Under the pieces are notes generated by a model. The model ran no database searches. It was not told the DNA's origin and saw only the letters and a program-made list of their open reading frames with translations. DNA of 32,000 nucleotides from Alkanindiges sp. WGS2144 (GTDB lineage Bacteria > Pseudomonadota > Gammaproteobacteria > Pseudomonadales > Moraxellaceae): NCBI RefSeq assembly GCF_043950625.1, contig NZ_CP171007.1; one strand, 5' to 3'. The position numbers and the translations under genes are program-made. Shown one piece after another: positions 26,197-32,000 of the stretch. The first letter of the stretch is position 1. Each line of letters starts with the position of its first letter.

Positions 26197-28350
26197 TTAA
26201 GCTAAAGAATCCTGTTTAACCGTTTGTTCACGCGCTACAAAACTGCTGCCCAGTCGGGTTAAGCTGGGGAAATCCAGCAATATGCGCAATTCCCGTATGA
26301 GTTTAGCCAGATGATCACGGTCGCGTACAATCAGTGATAAATAGGTTTTGTCGTGATCACGGGTGAGCTGTTCCAAACCCGCCTGAAACTGACGGATGGT
26401 ATAGATGACTTCGGTGGTTTGCTCGGCATCCAGCTTTTTATCAATATATAAATAGGCCGGAAAGCGGGCTTCTTCCTCGGGGTTGCGTTGCCAGTTGAGA
26501 GGGATAATATTTTCCGGATGTTGCTGGCCTTCATGGAGTAAATTACTACAGCGTGCCCGATGCACAATTAGACCGCGGCGGGTGAGGTGACCACGAATAG
26601 GATCATCCAGAATGGGCGTGCAGCAATTGGCATAGCGCACTTCTATGCCTTCTGTGCCACGAATGAGCTGGTCAGACTGTTCAGGGTGCTGATGGCACTG
26701 GTCGGCATACAGGCGCGAGGCGACCAGTTGCGGTAACAGGTCTCCCAAGGCAATTTGTTCAAACAGTTGTTCTTTATTTTGGACGTGGCGCCAGTTCAGC
26801 AGGTTTTCCCAATCCTGAGTGCTTAAGTCCCGAATACCATGGTTATATAGCTTTAAGGCACGGTTTAATGCCTGTTCACCTACCATTCTTTGTTCATCAA
26901 TATCCTGATCACGCAGAATATTCTGAATGGAGCGGCGTGCTTTTGGGGTGTTTACAAAACTGAGCCATTCCGGATTGGGGGTGGCGAGCACATCGGTAAT
27001 GACCTCTACTACCTGTCCACTGGCTAACGGTGTACTAAGTGGCTTAACGTTACCATCAATTTTGGCACCAATGGCATGGTTGCCCAAAAACAGGCTGGCT
27101 GCATAGGCAAAGTCAACGGCAGTGGCGCCACGTGGTAATTCGTGAACATCGCCATCCGGCGTGGAGACCAGAATTTTTTCACGGTGCAGGTAATCAAGCA
27201 GGGAGCTTAGGGTGGTTTTGGCACAGTCGCGGTCAATCAGCTCGCTTAAGTTGGTTAAAGACGCCTGAATGGCTGAACGGCTGGCCTGGGGTGCGGCATC
27301 ACCCAAAACCACGCCCAGGCGAGCTGCTTCACGCATACGCGGTGTTTGCAGGGTTAAGTCCAGTGTGGTGACTTCCCCGCGCATGGTCATGGTTAGCGCC
27401 TGATGCCCACCGGGTAGAGGGTTACGAATATGGTCTTCCAGTTGGAGCACGTGAAAATGCTGCTGCAAGTAGTCTGACAGTTGATCGCAGGCTGCCACGG
27501 TGTCTAGCACAATGTCAAAAGCATGATAATGAATAAGAGAGTTTAAGTCGGTTTTATTTTTAAAGAAGCGCTGAAATAGCTGGATGTTGTTGTCTTTTTC
27601 TTCAAGGGTGCCTTGTAGGCCAAGAGTTTTGATAGTTCGTTCAAGGCGTTCTGCCCAGATTTTCTGATAGGTACTGCGCTGGGTGCGGGTGGATTGTAGT
27701 GCGGCCTGAATACGGGTAAATAAAGCAGGATCAAGGTTTTCGTAGCATAACAACTCCAGCTGGTCAGCAATGTCATTCATACCGACCAGACGCGCCATAG
27801 GCAAAAAGATATCAAAGGTTTCCTTGGCGACACGCTGGCGTTTTTCGGGTCGCAGCGCCTCAAGCGTGGACATGTTATGTAAACGGTCGGCCAGTTTAAT
27901 AATAATGACACGTGGATCGTGTAGGGTAGCCAGCAGAATTTTACGGAACGAGGCGGCTTTGTTGTCCTGTTTATCCTTGGAAATGGTCAGTTTGGTTACG
28001 CCGTCGACCAGTTCGGCCACAGTGATGCCAAACTGGCAGCAGATTTCGTCCTTGCTGATGTCGGTATCTTCAATCACATCATGTAGCAGGGCGGCCATCA
28101 GGCTATCGGCATCCAGACGCATGTTGCCCAAAATACAGGCCACTGCAATAGGATGCAAAATATAAGGTTCCCCACTTTTACGAATGACACCGTTATGGGC
28201 ATGATTGGCAAAATTGCAGGCAGCCAGCACCTGCTGAATTTGTTCAGTACTTAAATAGATTTCTAGAATATTGGCAAGCTGTTGCTGGGCATGACGAATA
28301 ACGTCGCCTTGCATGGTATTTTTCCCGGATGAATAAGCAAAGATGATCAT
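26197..28350 (-). CDS. spoT: SpoT-type RelA/SpoT homologue with intact HD hydrolase domain, TGS and C-terminal domains, and a degenerate synthetase region
   Basis: HD domain: SGEPYILHPIAVACILGNMRLD...ALLHDVIEDT. TGS domain: ILVSTPDGDVHELPRGATAVDFAYA. The gene lies downstream of rpoZ. The start may instead be Met13 (28314). Confidence 0.92.
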   Translation of the reverse strand: MIIFAYSSGKNTMQGDVIRHAQQQLANILEIYLSTEQIQQVLAACNFANHAHNGVIRKSGEPYILHPIAVACILGNMRLDADSLMAALLHDVIEDTDISKDEICCQFGITVAELVDGVTKLTISKDKQDNKAASFRKILLATLHDPRVIIIKLADRLHNMSTLEALRPEKRQRVAKETFDIFLPMARLVGMNDIADQLELLCYENLDPALFTRIQAALQSTRTQRSTYQKIWAERLERTIKTLGLQGTLEEKDNNIQLFQRFFKNKTDLNSLIHYHAFDIVLDTVAACDQLSDYLQQHFHVLQLEDHIRNPLPGGHQALTMTMRGEVTTLDLTLQTPRMREAARLGVVLGDAAPQASRSAIQASLTNLSELIDRDCAKTTLSSLLDYLHREKILVSTPDGDVHELPRGATAVDFAYAASLFLGNHAIGAKIDGNVKPLSTPLASGQVVEVITDVLATPNPEWLSFVNTPKARRSIQNILRDQDIDEQRMVGEQALNRALKLYNHGIRDLSTQDWENLLNWRHVQNKEQLFEQIALGDLLPQLVASRLYADQCHQHPEQSDQLIRGTEGIEVRYANCCTPILDDPIRGHLTRRGLIVHRARCSNLLHEGQQHPENIIPLNWQRNPEEEARFPAYLYIDKKLDAEQTTEVIYTIRQFQAGLEQLTRDHDKTYLSLIVRDRDHLAKLIRELRILLDFPSLTRLGSSFVAREQTVKQDSLA

Positions 28351-28424
28351 CTTCTAATGAAAAGCAAAATGCCAGCCTTGTCAATGAATAAATCAAGTTT
28401 TTGGGAAATAACGCCCATTTGCAC

Positions 28425-28460
28425 AAAAAAAGCCTGATTTTTTAGCAAATCAGGCTTTTT
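28425..28460. terminator. perfect bidirectional hairpin terminator between rpoZ and spoT
   Basis: agcctgattt (28431-28440) and aaatcaggct (28447-28456) are exact complements around a 6-nt loop. On the plus strand an A-run (28425-28430) precedes the hairpin and a T-run follows it. On the minus strand the stem is followed by T8. Confidence 0.7.
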
Positions 28461-28524
28461 GATGGTGAATGCAGACAGGGATGCTGGCTGAATGCGGTTC
28501 ACACTAATGGTCTGGAAAAATCAA

Positions 28525-28800
28525 TTAAAAGCTAAAGTTGTCCAGATTTAAAGTCGGTGCCAGCGCCAGATCCAGACTGGAGGGTTGCAAGGCTTCATCT
28601 TTTTGCTTGAGGATATCGCGGGTAACATGGCCTTCTGCAATCTCACGCAAAGCCATGACGGTGGGTTTATCATTGTCCCAGGGCAAGGTAGGTTCACTGA
28701 TACCGCGAGCCAGTTGCCGCGCGCGTTTGGCAGCCACCAGAACCAGTTCAAAACGGTTTTCTACTGCGCCCAGGCAATCTTCTACAGTTACGCGTGCCAT
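28525..28800 (-). CDS. rpoZ: RNA polymerase omega subunit
   Basis: [30 protein letters not shown] is the canonical RpoZ N-terminus. Confidence 0.95.
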   Translation of the reverse strand: MARVTVEDCLGAVENRFELVLVAAKRARQLARGISEPTLPWDNDKPTVMALREIAEGHVTRDILKQKDEALQPSSLDLALAPTLNLDNFSF

Positions 28801-28919
28801 TTACGGTTCTCGTTCAAAGTGAATGGATAAGCTTGTAAAGCCGAAAAAAGACCTAAAATTATATGCCAAAATCTGCTTTGACTCAAGCTTTAGCGAAGGT
28901 GTTGACGGGATTAACCCGC

Positions 28920-31301
28920 CTAGTAACCTGCCCGTGGCTTGGCATTGGATTTGCCGGGTTTTTTACCAGACTTTTTCATTTTGGGTTTGCCTTTTTTAGC
29001 TGTCTCAGTGGATTTGCTGCCGGATTTTTTACTACTGGTTTTGGCTGACTCCTTGCTTAAATCTTTGACAGGCCGGGTCTTGCCAGTGTTTGAAGAAGCA
29101 GTGTGTTGTCGAGGGGCTTTTTGCCTGAGCGCTCGTCCCTGACTACTGAGCTGTTTCACCAGGGCAAAGTCAATTTTTCGGTCTTCCAGATGCACTGCAA
29201 GTACCTTGATACGTACCTGATCGCCCAGACTAAAACGCTGGGCATGTTGCTGGCCGACCAGACTCTGGCTCATGCCGTCAAATACAAAGTAATCGTCCCC
29301 CAGCTGGCTAATATGTAGCATGCCGTCGACGTATAAATCACTCAGGGTCACAAACAGGCCAAAATCAGTGACCGCCGTAATGGTGCCGTCAAATTCTTCA
29401 CCAATATGCTGCTCCATGTAATGGCATTTCAGCCAACTGACCACACTGCGTGAGGCTTCATCGGCGCGGCGCTCCGTTTGCGAGTAATGTTCACCAGCAG
29501 CAGCCAGTGCCTGACCTTCCAGCTCACTGGGTTTTTGTCTTAAAAAGGCTTTAATGGCACGATGCAGCAATAAATCCGGGTAGCGGCGAATAGGCGAGGT
29601 AAAGTGTGTATACGCTTCATAGGCCAGGCCATAGTGCCCCAGATTTTTTGGCCCGTAATAGGCTTGCATCATAGAGCGTAGTAAGACGGCATGGATACTG
29701 GTGGCATCAATCCGGTCACGGGTTTTTTCAATAATGTCCTGATAATCGGCCTGAGTGGGCTTTTCTGGAAAATCAAAGCCCAGCAGTCGCACATAATCAC
29801 GCACTTTTTGTACCCGGCTGGGTTCTGGCGCTTCATGGTTACGGAACAAAATAGGCAGGTCATTGCTGAGGGCAAAGTCTGAGGCGCACACATTGGCCAG
29901 TAACATGCACTCTTCAATCAGGCGGTGGGCATCGTTGCGCACACGCGGCAGGATTTCACGAATGGCTCCCAGCTCGTCAAAGGTCATATAGGTTTCAATG
30001 GTTTCAAACTCCATTGCGCCACGCTCTTGACGCACCTTAAGCAGGGTTTGAAACAGCTGGAACAGCACATTAACCGATTTACGTACCGCAGCATTACCCG
30101 GCAGCGCATCAGTTTGACCATGCAGGTAGGCAGCCACCTGCGTATAGGTCAGGCGTGCCTGAGAGTGCATCACAGCAGGGTAGAACTCATAACCAGTAAT
30201 ACGACCCAGACGGGACAGTTTGATATCACATACCATGCACAGGCGATCAACCTGCGGCATTAGAGAGCATAAGCCATTGGAGAGTGCTTCTGGCAGCATG
30301 GGAATGACATGATTGGGAAAATAGACCGAGGTACCACGTTCCTGAGCTTCATCGTCCAGTGCGCTGCCGGGGCGGACATAATGACTGACATCAGCAATAG
30401 CCACCACCAGCCGATAGCCACCGCCCACGCGTTTTTCGGCATAGACGGCATCATCAAAATCACGAGCATCTTCACCATCAATAGTAACCAGTGGCAGGTC
30501 GCGTAAATCCACCCGGTTCTGGTGCTCATTACCGGCAGGTTCTTTAAAACGGGTTGCTTCAGCCAGCGCGTCCGCACTAAATTCAAATGGTAAATCAAAA
30601 TCCAGAATGGTTGCTGGGATGATCAATTGGCTGTCAGCCTTGTCAGCCAGATTGGCAATAATATGACCATTGGCAAATTCTTCACGACTGGGCCATTCAT
30701 CAATGGCAATCTGGGTTGAATCGCCTGGCCTTAGGCCGGCATGCGCAATTTGTTCTGGTTCCAGTGCCACCGGCTGATGTGCGTTAGGCTGGGCAGGCTG
30801 CACAAAGTATTCGCCTTCATGCTCAATTACCTTACCAATCAATTCTTTTTGCTGGCGCTCCAGCACCTCAACAATATAGCCGGTCATGCGACCCCGGCGG
30901 TCGGTGCCATTTTGTCGTACCTTGACCAGGTCACCATTAAATACCAGACGCATCTCGCGTTCCGGCAGGAAAATGTCCATTTGGTCTTCCAGGACCACAA
31001 AACCAAAACCTTTGCTGTTGCTTTGTACCCGGCCAGTGAGCAGGTCTTCGTCGGTAATGACGCGGAACAAGGGCGGATAGCCTGAAGAGCGAGCCAGTTG
31101 TCCATCACGCACCATGGCAGCCAGCCGGCGGCTTAGGGCTTCAATGGCGTCTGGGTGTTCCAACTGATATTGTTCGACCAGTTCTGCATGGGAAAAGCCG
31201 TCTTTTTGTACGGCAATGGTTTGTTGAATTAAAGTTCTACTTGGAATAGGGGAGTCGTAACGTTTGGCTTCGCGCTCGGCATCTGGGTCTTGCCAGTTCA
31301 T
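28920..31301 (-). CDS. rnr: ribonuclease R
   Basis: 793 aa. It contains an N-terminal HTH/CSD region, an RNB domain (DGEDARDFDDAVYAEK..., HFTSPIRRYPDLLLHR), an S1 domain (FDGTITAVTDFGLFVTL) and a Lys-rich C-terminal tail. Confidence 0.95.
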   Translation of the reverse strand: MNWQDPDAEREAKRYDSPIPSRTLIQQTIAVQKDGFSHAELVEQYQLEHPDAIEALSRRLAAMVRDGQLARSSGYPPLFRVITDEDLLTGRVQSNSKGFGFVVLEDQMDIFLPEREMRLVFNGDLVKVRQNGTDRRGRMTGYIVEVLERQQKELIGKVIEHEGEYFVQPAQPNAHQPVALEPEQIAHAGLRPGDSTQIAIDEWPSREEFANGHIIANLADKADSQLIIPATILDFDLPFEFSADALAEATRFKEPAGNEHQNRVDLRDLPLVTIDGEDARDFDDAVYAEKRVGGGYRLVVAIADVSHYVRPGSALDDEAQERGTSVYFPNHVIPMLPEALSNGLCSLMPQVDRLCMVCDIKLSRLGRITGYEFYPAVMHSQARLTYTQVAAYLHGQTDALPGNAAVRKSVNVLFQLFQTLLKVRQERGAMEFETIETYMTFDELGAIREILPRVRNDAHRLIEECMLLANVCASDFALSNDLPILFRNHEAPEPSRVQKVRDYVRLLGFDFPEKPTQADYQDIIEKTRDRIDATSIHAVLLRSMMQAYYGPKNLGHYGLAYEAYTHFTSPIRRYPDLLLHRAIKAFLRQKPSELEGQALAAAGEHYSQTERRADEASRSVVSWLKCHYMEQHIGEEFDGTITAVTDFGLFVTLSDLYVDGMLHISQLGDDYFVFDGMSQSLVGQQHAQRFSLGDQVRIKVLAVHLEDRKIDFALVKQLSSQGRALRQKAPRQHTASSNTGKTRPVKDLSKESAKTSSKKSGSKSTETAKKGKPKMKKSGKKPGKSNAKPRAGY

Positions 31302-31487
31302 AGGTTCTCTTTTTTACTCTTTGGACATTAAAAATAGTTCACCTGTCTACCATACACTAAAATGCGGTTATTCATATGACAAGTGATCGTTTGTTGTATT
31401 AATACTTCACTTATATGGTGCATTAATGTACTAATGCAAGGGCACCAAAAATTTATGTTAATTGCCTAGACATTGAGCAATGCAGGC

Positions 31488-31516
31488 TTGACGCTGACAT
31501 AAAATATTTCTACTAT
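31488..31516 (+). promoter_or_regulatory. sigma-70 promoter for tRNA-Leu
   Basis: TTGACG (31488-31493), a 17-nt spacer, then TACTAT (31511-31516). A GC-rich discriminator (agcgcacc) follows. The mature tRNA 5' end is at 31531. Confidence 0.55.
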
Positions 31517-31530
31517 AGCGCACCTAATAT

Positions 31531-31615
31531 GCGGATGTGGCGGAATTGGTAGACGCGCTAGTTTCAGGTATTAGTGTCGCAAGACGTGGAGGTTCAAGTC
31601 CTCTCATCCGCACCA
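31531..31615 (+). tRNA. tRNA-Leu (anticodon CAG), class II with long variable arm, encoded CCA
   Basis: Acceptor stem gcggatg pairs with catccgc. Anticodon stem-loop is ctagt-ttCAGgt-attag. Variable arm gtgtcgcaagacgt and T-arm ggagg-ttcaagt-cctct. Near-identical in layout to E. coli tRNA-Leu(CAG). Confidence 0.95.
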
Positions 31616-31653
31616 AATTTGATTACTTGCCATTTGAAAAGTGAGTGATCTTC

Positions 31654-31690
31654 AAAAAGCCTTGATGTGTGAGCATCAAGGCTTTTTTAT
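31654..31690 (+). terminator. intrinsic terminator after tRNA-Leu
   Basis: agccttgatg (31658-31667) pairs with catcaaggct (31674-31683). A ttttttat run follows. Confidence 0.8.
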
Positions 31691-31723
31691 TATTGTTTAT
31701 TACTGCTAATATTTCTAAACCTG

Positions 31724-31999
31724 TTAAATGACAAAAGAAATCATCAGCAATAGTCCGGTAAATACGGTAAACAAGCTAAGCACAATGGGCTGATTGACTG
31801 AGTAACCTTCTATAAACTCTGCGGCGGTGAGTGACCTTAAGGCAATGTTATATTGATAAATAGACCACAAGCTAATAATCAGGCCAAAACTGACAACCAC
31901 CAGCCCCAGCCCAAAATTAAAAGCAAGTTTATTGGCGTATTTATCCGGCTCAATGAGCCTTACCAGAAAATTTGATTTTTCAATTAAAAAACCAAAAGC
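31724..31999 (-). CDS. partial CDS (3' end) of a hypothetical membrane protein; 5' end lies outside the window
   Basis: The minus-strand frame is open from the window edge to TAA at 31726..31724. It reads ...AFGFLIEKSNFLVRLIEPDKYANKLAFNFGLGLVVVSFGLIISLWSIYQYNIALRSLTAAEFIEGYSVNQPIVLSLFTVFTGLLLMISFVI. It has two hydrophobic segments. It is absent from the ORF track because it has no start codon in the window. Confidence 0.4.
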   Translation of the reverse strand, partial: AFGFLIEKSNFLVRLIEPDKYANKLAFNFGLGLVVVSFGLIISLWSIYQYNIALRSLTAAEFIEGYSVNQPIVLSLFTVFTGLLLMISFVI

Positions 32000-32000
32000 A

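Overview
32-kb chromosomal window from a gammaproteobacterium. Gene content looks Moraxellaceae/Acinetobacter-like; this is an inference from the type IVa pilins, rpoZ-spoT-ridA, bfd/bfr and a SpoT with a decayed synthetase domain, and no search was run. Both ends are ordinary core genome. Left end: gltB (5'-truncated by the window edge), gltD, a predicted metal-dependent hydrolase, and a lemA-TPM-TPM operon. Right end: bfr, bfd with a Fur box, ridA-spoT-rpoZ, rnr, tRNA-Leu(CAG) and a partial membrane-protein gene. The middle (~7.7-23.8 kb) is accessory. (i) A toxin-antitoxin islet holds phd-vapC, higBA, relB-vapC, a decayed vapBC relic and an orphan VbhA-like ORF, and its segments are bracketed by duplicated 3' ends of neighbouring genes. 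(ii) A visibly AT-rich glycosylation island of ~11 kb lies between two divergent type IVa pilin genes, each with its own sigma-54 -24/-12 promoter. A fourth TA pair (vapBC) flanks the island on the right. The most interesting part is the island. Directly behind pilA sit a polytopic GT-C-like protein with a C-terminal TPR domain (TfpW/PMT/TMTC-like), a GtrB/ArnC-type polyprenyl-phosphate GT2, a Wzx-like flippase and a methyltransferase-like ORF. Together these form a self-contained 'three-component' periplasmic glycosylation module. It converges on an operon encoding an AT3-SGNH acyltransferase and three GT-B glycosyltransferases. The window contains no initiating phosphoglycosyltransferase, Wzy polymerase or TfpO/PglL-type O-oligosaccharyltransferase. 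No CRISPR array, transposase or integrase was seen. All family assignments come from reading motifs by eye, not from searches.
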